The position numbers and the translations under genes are program-made. The notes beneath the pieces were generated by a model. The model was not told the origin of the DNA, ran no database searches, and worked only from the letters and a program-made list of their open reading frames with translations. A stretch of 64,000 bases of DNA from an uncultured Alphaproteobacteria bacterium (lineage in GTDB: Bacteria > Pseudomonadota > Alphaproteobacteria > Micavibrionales > Micavibrionaceae), in contig CAADGI010000021.1 in assembly GCA_900696495.1 (NCBI GenBank), positions 43,614 to 107,613 on the forward strand. The letters are read 5' to 3'. The first letter of the stretch is position 1. Each line of letters begins with the position of its first letter. Positions 17,712 to 27,168 of the stretch are shown here, one piece after another.

Positions 17712-18046
17712 ACTAATTAGAAATAGATTTAAAAAAAGGTATTAGATGATAGTAGGCGGTGTGAGTCATGGGGATTGATTCAATCCCGGATTCAGTACAC
17801 AGAATCGCCTGCCAGGAAAGCCACGGATTCCCGGCGATTCCCCGGATTCCATCCCTGATTCCAGACCTTGCCCATTTTTACTTTTGAACAGGGGGATGAC
17901 TGCCCCCGGCCGGCCTGCATGATTTGTTCGTATCTTTATACGTCTCTTTATACCGCCCTGCAGCCTCGATTCCCCCACAGGATTGGGCACAGGGCTATGA
18001 CCCCGATTCATTTTATGTTAGCTATGAAGAGGAAATATAAGGCCGC
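17712..18046. other. candidate chromosomal replication origin (oriC/Cori-like) next to hemE
   Basis: 335-bp intergenic region. AT-rich tract at 17711-17757. Ten GANTC sites in 17763-18009, including four GATTCC at 17826, 17836, 17845 and 17857. 8-1-8 palindrome GGGATTGATTCAATCCC at 17771-17787. Confidence 0.5.
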
Positions 18047-18664
18047 ATGTACCAGGAAGCTTTTGAAAAACTCGAACTCGATGAGACGGCCCAGATCCTG
18101 GACCGGATTTCGCCGCTGCTGGACGGCGTGAATTTCGATCCCGTCGAAACAACCGCGCTCGCCGCCGAGATCCCGTTCTACCCGGGCTGCAAGCTCCTCG
18201 ACATCGCCAACCATACGAGCATGCCCCCCCAGCGCCGCTTCGTGATTTACAGCCCGAAACTGAGCACCGTCCTTAATTTTCAAAATGAATGTATCTATAA
18301 ATTCAACGACGAACTGCCGATCAAGCTTGATGAAAACAATGTCGGCACCTATGTGCGTTTCTTCTTCAGTTACGTGCGCGGCAAGCACGGGCGCTTTATC
18401 GTCGTCGAAAATATCGACGACATCAACTGGAAGGAAGACCCGCCGCCTTCCGTCCGTCAGGCGATCGGCCGCATGATCAAGCCGGTGACGATTGTAAAAG
18501 AAATCGGCAAGGACGGCGTGTTTCATCTCGAGGCCCGCATCGTTTTCAAGGACTCGCTGTTCAAAAGCAAGGTCGCGGTGAAACCGAACGGCCTGGTCAC
18601 GCTCAGCGACGAGGAACTGCTGGTCGAGGACATGCCGGTCCTGGACGATACGTTCGGGCAATAA
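18047..18664 (+). CDS. hypothetical protein (205 aa) at the position of the conserved origin-flanking ORF
   Basis: ATG ORF with good composition. Opposite hemE across the putative origin, which is where the RP001/CC0001-type ORF sits in other alphaproteobacteria (from memory). Confidence 0.5.
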   Translation: MYQEAFEKLELDETAQILDRISPLLDGVNFDPVETTALAAEIPFYPGCKLLDIANHTSMPPQRRFVIYSPKLSTVLNFQNECIYKFNDELPIKLDENNVGTYVRFFFSYVRGKHGRFIVVENIDDINWKEDPPPSVRQAIGRMIKPVTIVKEIGKDGVFHLEARIVFKDSLFKSKVAVKPNGLVTLSDEELLVEDMPVLDDTFGQ

Positions 18665-18932
18665 TCCCTTTAACCCCCTGATTCGCCAAATCTTAACGGG
18701 ACCTGAATTTTTGGCCTCAATATGTTAAAAGAGGCCTGAAAACCCCTGTTTTTTTGCCATAAACCCCGTTTTTTCTTCGATTTTTCCGCTTCTTGGAAAG
18801 GAAGCCTTAAGAACTGACCCGCCATAATAAACCATAGCCGGCGTTCTGCCGGTTCGCCCCGGGGGCGGGGGTTCATGGGAGTTCTTCCCGTGGGGCCCTT
18901 CAGGGACAAAGAAGAAAAAAATTGGTTGGGCT

Positions 18933-20288
18933 ATGAGCGACACATTTAACGAGATTACTTCCCTTCAGGCGCAGCAGCGCCGCGCGCCCTGCCGCGTGGC
19001 CTATACGCTGAACAACACGCAGCCCGTGAGCTGCACCATCATCGGCACGCAGCCGCTTTTCTACATGGATGTTGAAACAGATATCGAGGATGTCGATCTG
19101 ATGTTCGATGACGCCGAGCTGCGCGTTCTTGAAAATGAAATCGTCAGCCTGAAAAAAGAGATCGACATATTCGAGCGCTTCTCCGGCAATTTCGTGCGCG
19201 AGGACAGCAGGACGCGCGAACTGATGCAAGGCGACCTGGATTTCGTGACCAGGCGCCAGGAAACAAAAAACCAGATCACGATCGGGCAGATCGAGGACAT
19301 ACTCGGCAAAAGCCGCATGGCCGCCGCCTATATCGATTTCGCGAAAACGAACAATGTCTCGATGGCGCACAGCACGCAGGTTGAAGATGCGTTCTATGAC
19401 CGTCAGCGCGGCATCATTCTCATTCACCCGCGCTTCGATCTCGGCGATCAATTACTGTTAGCGTCGCGCGAACTGCGCCGCCACTGGCAGCACCGCCACG
19501 GCGCATTGATTCACCCGCTTCTTTTCCATCCCGACAGCGCCGTTCTCGTTAACCGCGCGCAGGTTGCGGATTTAACCGTCTCGATGATCCGCGTCGGCTG
19601 GGAATTGCAGCTCTCCGGTATCAAGGATGCGTGGGAACGTCTCGAGAATTCACCGATGGCCGACCTCGGCCGCGCCTTCGCTTACGAAGCGTTCCTGGAT
19701 TTCCGCACGCTGAATAACGGCCAGGCCGCGGCGGCGGTGTTCGAGTGCTGGTTCATGTCCGAGCGTTGCCGGATCGAGGATAAAAACCTCATTAGACAAA
19801 TGCTGGCCGACAACCAGGGCTATGTGTTCGATGAGGAACAATCTGGAAAAACCCTGACACCGGCGCTTATTTCCGCGCTGGGTAGTATGCCCTACGGCAA
19901 AAATTACCTGAGCGGCCATTCGCAGACCATCATTGCCGACCCTCTTTTCAACGAGGTGCGCGACCGTTCGAATGCGAATTTCCTTTGGTTTATTAAGTTT
20001 GAGCGCTCTTTCCGCGAAACGGAACGCGAGTTGCACAATGAGTTCGAAACCGCTGTTACCGGCGTCCGCCGGAACATTTCCAGAATTCAGGATTCGAACA
20101 ATGAACGCGCCAAAAACGCAGAGATCGTCGAGCTATTCCCGGGCCAAAATCATGGCGCGGATGAAGGCTCTGGGGATAAGTCCCGCAAATCCGGGAACCT
20201 CCTCGCTCCAAAACCGTCTGCCAAACGTAACAAAAGCAAGGCCGGCAGCGGAAACGTCGTTTACTTGCGCCGCTGGTCGGGAGACTGA
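18933..20288 (+). CDS. hypothetical protein (451 aa), paralogue of 20326-21291
   Basis: Shares about 250 aa with the next gene (RELRRHWQHRHG vs RALRDAWQEKRHG; VGWELQL vs VAWELNG; ADPLF vs SDPLF). Confidence 0.6.
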   Translation: MSDTFNEITSLQAQQRRAPCRVAYTLNNTQPVSCTIIGTQPLFYMDVETDIEDVDLMFDDAELRVLENEIVSLKKEIDIFERFSGNFVREDSRTRELMQGDLDFVTRRQETKNQITIGQIEDILGKSRMAAAYIDFAKTNNVSMAHSTQVEDAFYDRQRGIILIHPRFDLGDQLLLASRELRRHWQHRHGALIHPLLFHPDSAVLVNRAQVADLTVSMIRVGWELQLSGIKDAWERLENSPMADLGRAFAYEAFLDFRTLNNGQAAAAVFECWFMSERCRIEDKNLIRQMLADNQGYVFDEEQSGKTLTPALISALGSMPYGKNYLSGHSQTIIADPLFNEVRDRSNANFLWFIKFERSFRETERELHNEFETAVTGVRRNISRIQDSNNERAKNAEIVELFPGQNHGADEGSGDKSRKSGNLLAPKPSAKRNKSKAGSGNVVYLRRWSGD

Positions 20289-20325
20289 TCCGCCGCAAAA
20301 CACCAACCCTGCTGAGTTTCTGCTT

Positions 20326-21291
20326 ATGAAGTCCGATAAACATCACCGCAGTAAAGACAAGATCAACGCCCTCGAAGGCATCAGCTGGGCTATCGCCGAT
20401 CTTTCTTTTGCTTCGGGCGAGGCGGGCAACGACCGGGAATTTCTCGCGCACAATCTGAAACAGCTTTCGCAAAGCAACGCCGCGCGCCTGCTGATCAAGG
20501 AGGCCGCCGAGCAGGGCTGGCGCATCGGCCTTTCGCATCTTGAAAATCATGATTTCCATCTCGATGTTCCGGCGAAGACGATCGTGCTCGACAATCACGG
20601 GCTGGACGCCGAAGGTTTTGCGCGCGCGCCGTATTTCTATCACGCCGTTCAGGCATCGTTGATCCGCGCGCTGCGCGACGCGTGGCAGGAAAAACGCCAT
20701 GGCGGTTTCGATGAAAACTACACGCCGGAATCGGTGCTGCTGCTCGAGCGCATCCGCGCCGCCGACAGCGATGTGATGGCGGTCATGGTCGCCTGGGAAC
20801 TGAACGGCGATTTATGGCGCCATATGATCGGCGCCGAGGACAGCGACATCGCGCTGAGCTTTTCGAATGCGCTGGAGAAGGACCCGGTTTCGACGGCCAA
20901 GGCGCTCACGGCCGCCTTCCGCCAGTGGTTCCGCAATGTCAGCCGCGTGAACACATGCGATCACGAAACGCTGGAATATATGGATGAAGTGATGAATGCA
21001 AATGGCGGCCCGTCCTTCGGCAAAAAACGCGCGGGCAAAATCTGCGTCGAGGTTCTTTCATGCCTTCCCGACAAGACCGCCTATTTGCGCGGGGCCGGCG
21101 AGGATATCCTCAGCGACCCGCTTTTCGCAGGCCTGTCGGACCCGATCAACCAGGCGCATTTCATGCATGTGATGCGCGATGCTTCCGTTCACTATGTTCA
21201 GAACGTGCCGTTCCGCGACGCGGCGCTTGCCGCGAAAATCTTCCCGAACGGCGAAATGACGCCCGAGCGCGAAGAAGTGAGACAGAGATAG
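20326..21291 (+). CDS. hypothetical protein (321 aa), paralogue of 18933-20288
   Basis: Start moved to the ATG at 20326 (MKSDKHH), just after the upstream stop. Paralogy as described for the previous gene. Confidence 0.6.
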   Translation: MKSDKHHRSKDKINALEGISWAIADLSFASGEAGNDREFLAHNLKQLSQSNAARLLIKEAAEQGWRIGLSHLENHDFHLDVPAKTIVLDNHGLDAEGFARAPYFYHAVQASLIRALRDAWQEKRHGGFDENYTPESVLLLERIRAADSDVMAVMVAWELNGDLWRHMIGAEDSDIALSFSNALEKDPVSTAKALTAAFRQWFRNVSRVNTCDHETLEYMDEVMNANGGPSFGKKRAGKICVEVLSCLPDKTAYLRGAGEDILSDPLFAGLSDPINQAHFMHVMRDASVHYVQNVPFRDAALAAKIFPNGEMTPEREEVRQR

Positions 21292-21304
21292 ATCTGCAAT
21301 TTCA

Positions 21305-22063
21305 TTAATTACAAGCCGGATCGGCCGGGCCGTCCAATACTTCGCGTAACAATCGCTTGTTTTTTTCCATGACCTCTATGATGTAGGTGACATTTATTTC
21401 ATCACAGTTCATCTGCGCAATCGGCAAGGCTTTTGAAAATAGATCCAGGGATTTTTTAAGATTTTCCGCGGTTTCAGTTTGACTCAAAGTGCCGGGTTCA
21501 ATTTCAGCAAGAGCGCTCGCATAATTCATAAGATCGACGTAGGTATGATCGTGACCGAAAAGTTCAACCTTTTTGCCGAAATACTCCGCCGCCTTGGTAA
21601 AATTTTTCATCAAAAAATAAACATGCCCGAGATTGTAATAGATCTTCTGGCTGTACGGATAGAGTTTTAACGCTTTCTCTGAACAGCTTATGATTTCCTC
21701 CCAGCGCTCGGTCGGCACCGCGAACCCGGCGCTATATTTAGGAAACGCCTCGTTAAAAAGGACATTCGCCAGCGTCAGATGAAAATTGCTGAGAAGAGGG
21801 TGTCCCGGATCGAGCGCGACGCTTTCGCGCAAATAGGGAATGGCCTCGTCTGCTTTTTCAAGCCGTATCAATGCGGCGGCCTTAAAGCCAAGGAGCATCG
21901 ATTTTTCCACCTTGGGATGATTGTCCGCAAGAAATGAATCGGCAACGTTTAAAACGACGTTGAGAGTATCGCGATTCTGGGACATCAGATTTTCTCTGAA
22001 CCACGCGTCAGTGTTCGTCAATTCCGCCTCGCGCCGTATATAACTATTTCCACTGTCAGTCAT
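21305..22063 (-). CDS. TPR-repeat protein (252 aa)
   Basis: Helical repeats with an A/Y/L/G spacing pattern (YYNLGHVYFLMKNFTKAAEYF...). Confidence 0.6.
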   Translation of the reverse strand: MTDSGNSYIRREAELTNTDAWFRENLMSQNRDTLNVVLNVADSFLADNHPKVEKSMLLGFKAAALIRLEKADEAIPYLRESVALDPGHPLLSNFHLTLANVLFNEAFPKYSAGFAVPTERWEEIISCSEKALKLYPYSQKIYYNLGHVYFLMKNFTKAAEYFGKKVELFGHDHTYVDLMNYASALAEIEPGTLSQTETAENLKKSLDLFSKALPIAQMNCDEINVTYIIEVMEKNKRLLREVLDGPADPACN

Positions 22064-22125
22064 GAGAATTCCATTTTTTCTTGATAATCCGATACTAAGT
22101 CTACAGAAATTAATATGCCAATATA

Positions 22126-22809
22126 TTAAGCGGAGGGCGGCAAGGGTGGCGGCCCGCCCTGGGCGGTTTGCAGCGAGCGAGCGAGGGGCCGGGCATATTC
22201 GATGGCCGCGTCGTCGCCCTGGGCCGCCTGCCGGAACGCTTCAAGGTAATGCAGCGCCCTTTCTTTTGCCCCGCCGCTATGTTCGGCGAGCTTCGCGAAC
22301 ATCGCCGTCAGGTTGAAATAAACTTTTTTCCTGTCGGCGCCGTAATTCATGGCCTTGATAAAATTATTCTCGGCCCCGGCCAGGTCTTCCGCCAGCATAA
22401 GTATTTCGGCATAGGTCATGAGCAGGTCGGCGTGTTTCGCGGGCCCTTCGCCCAGTTTTTCCAGATCGCTCATCGCGCTTCTCGCGGTTGAAAGAGCGTT
22501 TTGAATGTCCGGCGTTTCGCTTATTTTTGTTTTTGCCGTCTGCAGCACCAGGCTGGCCAGCGCCTTATTCAACGCTATGGATGCGGTTTTTTTCTTTGCC
22601 CCGGTGAAGGTCGAAGATTTCATCTGCGTGCGGGCATATGAAGTCGCAAGCTTCAGGAACGCATCGTGCATTTTCTGTTGATCAAGAGGCGGGAAGATAT
22701 CCATGGCTTTTCTATACAGCTCCATGGCTTCCAGGGAATGCCCGGCCTCGGCTTGCCTGTCCGCTTCTTCCAGCATCAGTTCGGCTTCGGATTTGTTTTC
22801 AGGGTTCAT
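22126..22809 (-). CDS. TPR-like repeat protein (227 aa)
   Basis: Helical repeat composition (EAMELYRKAMDIF, VYFNLTAMFAKLAEH). Confidence 0.55.
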   Translation of the reverse strand: MNPENKSEAELMLEEADRQAEAGHSLEAMELYRKAMDIFPPLDQQKMHDAFLKLATSYARTQMKSSTFTGAKKKTASIALNKALASLVLQTAKTKISETPDIQNALSTARSAMSDLEKLGEGPAKHADLLMTYAEILMLAEDLAGAENNFIKAMNYGADRKKVYFNLTAMFAKLAEHSGGAKERALHYLEAFRQAAQGDDAAIEYARPLARSLQTAQGGPPPLPPSA

Positions 22810-22822
22810 AAAGGCCGCGCTT

Positions 22823-23461
22823 TCAGTTCATGAGAGGTAAAGGTTTGGCCCATATCGTGGCCTGGGGCGGGGGCGTATTATCGATGCATCTCAGGCGCTG
22901 CCTCGCGAGCTTTGCCATGTCATCGTCATCTCCGCCGTTTAAAATTTTCCGCGCATAGAGGCGGGAATTCTGAGGATCGTTCTTCAGGCCCTGCAGGTAC
23001 ATCAGGAAAGAATATATTTTGCGGGGAGTCCCGCCATTGTCCATGGCGGCATGGCAATATTCTTCCGCGCGCTCCAGTTGCGCGCGTTTTTTGTGACGCG
23101 GGCCATCCATCGCATCCGCCATCAACACGGAGGCGAAATCCAGAAACAGGTCCGCGCGCGCCTTGCCGCCGGGCGAAGCGTAAAGAGCCTCCCTGAGCGC
23201 AGCGAGGGCGTCGTTATATCGGGCCTGGAACAAATAATATTCGCCCAGGATTTTATTGCCTCCGGCCTTGTCTTTGCCCGCCGCGCCGCGCAGCATTTTT
23301 TCCGCTTTTTTACGGCGGGCGTCGTTTTCAGGCAGGGCGCGCAGGGCCGTGAAAGCCAGTTCCGCGCATTTCAGGTAATCGCGTTTTTTGAAAAAATCCG
23401 CCGCCTGTTGCAACGTCGCCTCGATTTCATCCGGGAAATGTTTAATCAATTTTGTTTTCAC
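22823..23461 (-). CDS. TPR/Sel1-like repeat protein (212 aa), paralogue of 23470-24096
   Basis: Collinear similarity with the next gene (RAEEYCHAAMDNGGTPRKIYSFLMYL vs QAEDYFHSALDYGANPPRIYSSLMYL). Confidence 0.6.
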   Translation of the reverse strand: MKTKLIKHFPDEIEATLQQAADFFKKRDYLKCAELAFTALRALPENDARRKKAEKMLRGAAGKDKAGGNKILGEYYLFQARYNDALAALREALYASPGGKARADLFLDFASVLMADAMDGPRHKKRAQLERAEEYCHAAMDNGGTPRKIYSFLMYLQGLKNDPQNSRLYARKILNGGDDDDMAKLARQRLRCIDNTPPPQATIWAKPLPLMN

Positions 23462-23469
23462 ACGGGCAC

Positions 23470-24096
23470 CTAATGTGGACGGGGCGGCCTGAATCCGCCG
23501 GATTGGTCAAAGCCCGCCGCTTCTTGCAGAAATTTTCTGGCGACGAGCGCGCGATCGTCACCGTAACCGGCCGCGTCGACAAGTTTTTGCGCATAAAACA
23601 GGGCTTTCCGCTCATCTCCCTTGAGCGCGCATAAATACATCAGGGATGAATAAATCCGGGGCGGATTCGCGCCATAATCCAGCGCGGAGTGGAAATAGTC
23701 TTCGGCCTGTTCCAGCCTCCTGTTTTTATCGGCTTCGTTTCTGAAACGGTTTTCATTGACGCTTGTCATCAACGCGGACGCGCATTCGATGGCAAATTCT
23801 GCGCGGCCCTTGTCGGATTTGCAAATGCGCAGGCCCGTTTGAAAGCTGCTGACGGCGTCGTCGTAATTGCCGCGAAGGGAGTAATAGCGGCCCAGCGTTT
23901 TCAAGCCGGTAAGGCTGTTTGGCGACCGCTCGGCCGCGTTGAATAATATGTCCCGCACTTTTGCATGGCGCGGATCGTCTTCAGCCATCGCCGATGCGGC
24001 CTGGAACGCCGCGCCGATGCTTTCCGCGTATTTGGATTTTTTAAGGTAAGTCGCGGCCTCAACGATCAGGCCTTCAATGTCTATTTCATCGCTCAC
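23470..24096 (-). CDS. TPR/Sel1-like repeat protein (208 aa), paralogue of 22823-23461
   Basis: As for the previous gene. Confidence 0.6.
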   Translation of the reverse strand: MSDEIDIEGLIVEAATYLKKSKYAESIGAAFQAASAMAEDDPRHAKVRDILFNAAERSPNSLTGLKTLGRYYSLRGNYDDAVSSFQTGLRICKSDKGRAEFAIECASALMTSVNENRFRNEADKNRRLEQAEDYFHSALDYGANPPRIYSSLMYLCALKGDERKALFYAQKLVDAAGYGDDRALVARKFLQEAAGFDQSGGFRPPRPH

Positions 24097-24247
24097 GCAA
24101 CTCGCCTCCTTAAGAGAGGGCCAATAAAAGGGAACAGCCGGGATATTAGGACAAATATCTATAATATGTCAATAAGAACGGGCCGGGATCGCTTGCGCAA
24201 GGGGTGGCGGGGCCCTAGGATAAGCCCATGAATAAAGGATTATTTCC

Positions 24248-25114
24248 ATGAGCGACCTGCCCGGCCCGCCCTCCGGCCGCCAGTTTCACCTGCACCTCAT
24301 TTCAGACGCCACCGGCACGACCCTGCTGGGCCTCGCCCGCGCCTGCCTCGCCCAGTTCGAGGGGGTGGAGCCGGTGCAGAAATTCTGGCCGCTGGTGCGG
24401 ACGCAGCAGCAACTGGAGCGGATTATTTCCAAGATGGAACAAAATCCGGGCCCGGTGATTTTCACGCTGGTCGATGAGAAGATGCGCAAGCGTCTGCAGG
24501 AGCGCTGCGACGAGCTGAACATTCCGTGCGTCTCGGTGCTCGACCCGATCATCCGCAGTCTCTCGTCTTATCTCGGCATGCATGCGAAAGGCGTGCCCGG
24601 CCTGCAGCATCAGATGGACGACGCCTATTTCCGGCGCGTCGCCGCGATCGATTTCACCATGCGCCATGATGACGGCAAAAAACTGGAAGATCTGAAAGAG
24701 GCGGATGTGATTCTGGTCGGCGTCTCGCGCACCTCGAAAACGCCGACCAGCGTTTTCCTCGCGCGGCGCGGGCTCAAGGTCGCAAACATTCCGCTCGCGC
24801 CCGGCGTTGAAGTGCCGAAAGCGAAATTCGAGCTGCAGGGCCCGATGTATGTCGGCCTCACCGCCTCGCCGGACCGGCTCGTGCATATCAGGAGAAGCCG
24901 CCTCAAGGCTGACGGGCTGGATTCGAAAGCGCTCGAGGAAAACACGTATCTGCACGGCGATAAAATCGAGGACGAGGTGCGCAACGCGCGCAAATTATTT
25001 TCGAAGTATGGCTGGCCGGTGATCGACGTGACCAAGCGCTCGGTCGAGGAAACGTCGGCGGAAATCATGGCGCTGTACCAGTCCCATCAGGAAAGCCTGA
25101 ATGCTCCTAAGTGA
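24248..25114 (+). CDS. ppsR: PEP synthase / pyruvate phosphate dikinase regulatory kinase-phosphorylase (PpsR/PDRP family)
   Basis: HLISDATGTT N-terminus and the P-loop-like VILVGVSRTSKTPTSVFLA. Confidence 0.75.
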   Translation: MSDLPGPPSGRQFHLHLISDATGTTLLGLARACLAQFEGVEPVQKFWPLVRTQQQLERIISKMEQNPGPVIFTLVDEKMRKRLQERCDELNIPCVSVLDPIIRSLSSYLGMHAKGVPGLQHQMDDAYFRRVAAIDFTMRHDDGKKLEDLKEADVILVGVSRTSKTPTSVFLARRGLKVANIPLAPGVEVPKAKFELQGPMYVGLTASPDRLVHIRRSRLKADGLDSKALEENTYLHGDKIEDEVRNARKLFSKYGWPVIDVTKRSVEETSAEIMALYQSHQESLNAPK

Positions 25115-25733
25115 TACGCATCGCGGCGTGAAAATCATCCTCGCCTCGCAAAGCAAGGCGCGTTACGCGATGCTGAAAAACGCAGGGCTGAACTTCAAGG
25201 TGATCAGGCCTGTCGTCGACGAAATGGCGATGGTTCATGAATTGATGCGCGCCAGCGGCAAGGAAAAAATCACGCCGGAGAAAATCGCGATGGACCTCGC
25301 CAGGAAAAAGGCGTTGGCGGTGGCGGGGAAAAACCCGGACGCGCTGGTGATCGGCAGCGACCAGATCCTGGTTCTGGAAGGCAAGATGATGTCGAAGGCC
25401 AAAACCAGAGACGAGGCAAAGGAAAAGCTGCGCCATTTGCGGGGGAAAACGCACAGGCTGATTTCCGCGGTGGCGGTCGCGAAGGGCGGCACGGTTTTCT
25501 GGAGCCACGAGGAAGAGGCCAGCCTGACCATGCGCGAGTTCAGCGATGAATTTTTGGAATCCTATTGCGCGCACGCGGGCGATGCGCTGACCAAGGCCGT
25601 GGGGGCCTACGCGATCGAGGGCGCGGGCGCGTGGCTGTTCTCGGACATTCAGGGCGATCATTTCACCATTCTCGGCATGCCGCTGCGGCCGTTGCTGGCA
25701 TATTTGCATGAATATCACGCGGTGAAGCCATGA
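25101..25733 (+). CDS. maf: Maf-like nucleoside triphosphate pyrophosphatase
   Basis: IILASQSKAR N-terminus, AYAIEG motif, 210 aa. Confidence 0.8.
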   Translation: MLLSDTHRGVKIILASQSKARYAMLKNAGLNFKVIRPVVDEMAMVHELMRASGKEKITPEKIAMDLARKKALAVAGKNPDALVIGSDQILVLEGKMMSKAKTRDEAKEKLRHLRGKTHRLISAVAVAKGGTVFWSHEEEASLTMREFSDEFLESYCAHAGDALTKAVGAYAIEGAGAWLFSDIQGDHFTILGMPLRPLLAYLHEYHAVKP

Positions 25734-26542
25734 TGAAGGCGGCAGTCATCGGTCATCCCGTCGGGCACAGCAAATCGCCGCTGATTCACAATTACTGGAT
25801 CGAAAAGCACGGCATCGACGCGTCGTACGAGGCCATCGACATCGCGCCGGAGAACTTGGAAAAAGAATTGATCCGTCTTGTCGAGGAGGGTTATGCGGGC
25901 TTCAACGTCACCCGCCCGCACAAGGAAAAAGTTTTCGCGGTTTGCGATTCGCTGGATGAACTGGCGCAGGCGGTCGGCGCGGTGAACACCGTGGTGATTA
26001 AAAACGGCAAGATGAACGGCACCAACACCGATGTTTTCGGCTTCACCGAGAATATCCGCGCGGTCCGGCCCGGCTTCGATTTCACGGCAGGCCCGGCGAC
26101 AGTGCTCGGCGCGGGCGGCGCGGCGCGCGCCGTGATTTACGCGCTGCTGAAAGAGGGCGTGCCGGAAGTGCGCGTCGTCAACCGCACGAAGAACAAGGCG
26201 CAGACGCTGGCGCGGGATTTCAAGAGATTGCGCGTGCATGATTGGGAAAAACGCTCGGAAGTGCTGGCGGAAAACAATTTGCTGGTGAACACGACGTCGA
26301 TGGGCCAGTCCGGCCAGCCGAAGCTCGAGATTGATTTAACCGCGCTGCCTAAAAACGCCGTGGTGAACGATATCGTCTATGCGCCGCTGATGACCGACCT
26401 GCTGCGCGATTGCGAGGATAGAGGAAATCAAATTGTCACCGGCATCGGCATGCTGCTGCATCAGGCGCGGCCCGCCTTCGAGGCGTGGTTCGGCGTGCCG
26501 CCGAATGTCGATGCCGGGCTCGAAAAACGCGTGCTGGCATGA
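25730..26542 (+). CDS. aroE: shikimate dehydrogenase
   Basis: GHPVGHSKSPLIHN, NVT.P.K and GAGGAARAV motifs. Confidence 0.85.
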   Translation: MMKAAVIGHPVGHSKSPLIHNYWIEKHGIDASYEAIDIAPENLEKELIRLVEEGYAGFNVTRPHKEKVFAVCDSLDELAQAVGAVNTVVIKNGKMNGTNTDVFGFTENIRAVRPGFDFTAGPATVLGAGGAARAVIYALLKEGVPEVRVVNRTKNKAQTLARDFKRLRVHDWEKRSEVLAENNLLVNTTSMGQSGQPKLEIDLTALPKNAVVNDIVYAPLMTDLLRDCEDRGNQIVTGIGMLLHQARPAFEAWFGVPPNVDAGLEKRVLA

Positions 26543-27168
26543 TCGTCATCGGCCTCACAGGATCGATCGGGATGGGCAAGAGCACCGCCGCCGCGATGTT
26601 TGAATCGCTGCGCATCCCTGTGCACGAGGCCGACGACGAGGTGCATAAATTGCTCAGCCCCGGCGGCAAGGGGGCGCGGGCGGTCGGCGCGGCGTTTCCC
26701 TATTTCCAGTTCCCGCAGATTTACGGGCGAAAGACCAAAAGCGGCGTGCGCGCGATCAAGCGCAAGGAGCTTGGCAAGATCGTTTTTCACGACGAGAAGC
26801 AGCGCAAGAAACTTGAGAAAATTCTCCATCCGCTGGTGCGCGCGGCGCAGGCCGATTTCATTCGCAAGCATAAAATCAATGGCACGAAGATCGTCGTGCT
26901 CGATATCCCGCTGCTGTTCGAAACCGGCGGTGAAAACAGGGTTGATTACACGCTGGTCGTCACCGCGCCGCGCGCGGTCCAGCGCCGCCGCGTGCTGGAA
27001 CGTCCCGGCATGGACGAAAAAAGATTCCGCGCGATTCTAAAGCAGCAAATGCCGGACGGCGAAAAACGCGCGCGCGCCGATTACGTGGCGCATACGGGCC
27101 TTGGCCGCGCGCAGACGATGAAGGAAATCAAGGCCGCGCTGGCCGATATTAAAAAGAGGGAACAATGA
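26539..27168 (+). CDS. coaE: dephospho-CoA kinase
   Basis: Start moved to the ATG at 26539 (ATGA overlap with the aroE stop). MIVIGLTGSIGMGKST P-loop. Confidence 0.85.
   Translation: MIVIGLTGSIGMGKSTAAAMFESLRIPVHEADDEVHKLLSPGGKGARAVGAAFPYFQFPQIYGRKTKSGVRAIKRKELGKIVFHDEKQRKKLEKILHPLVRAAQADFIRKHKINGTKIVVLDIPLLFETGGENRVDYTLVVTAPRAVQRRRVLERPGMDEKRFRAILKQQMPDGEKRARADYVAHTGLGRAQTMKEIKAALADIKKREQ

Noticed and set aside
16659-17720. 353-aa plus-strand ORF
   Set aside because: It is antisense to hemE, which carries the RQAGRY signature. Its composition is Arg-rich junk.
17712-18046. Canonical DnaA boxes (TTATCCACA) and CtrA sites (TTAA-N7-TTAA) in the candidate origin
   Set aside because: I scanned by eye and found none with two or fewer mismatches. 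The origin call therefore rests on synteny, the AT tract and the GANTC density only, and is kept at moderate confidence.
18830-18910. tRNA-like GGTTCG..CC segment in the 18665-18932 spacer
   Set aside because: No acceptor, anticodon or T-arm cloverleaf can be drawn on either strand. It is probably just GC-rich spacer.
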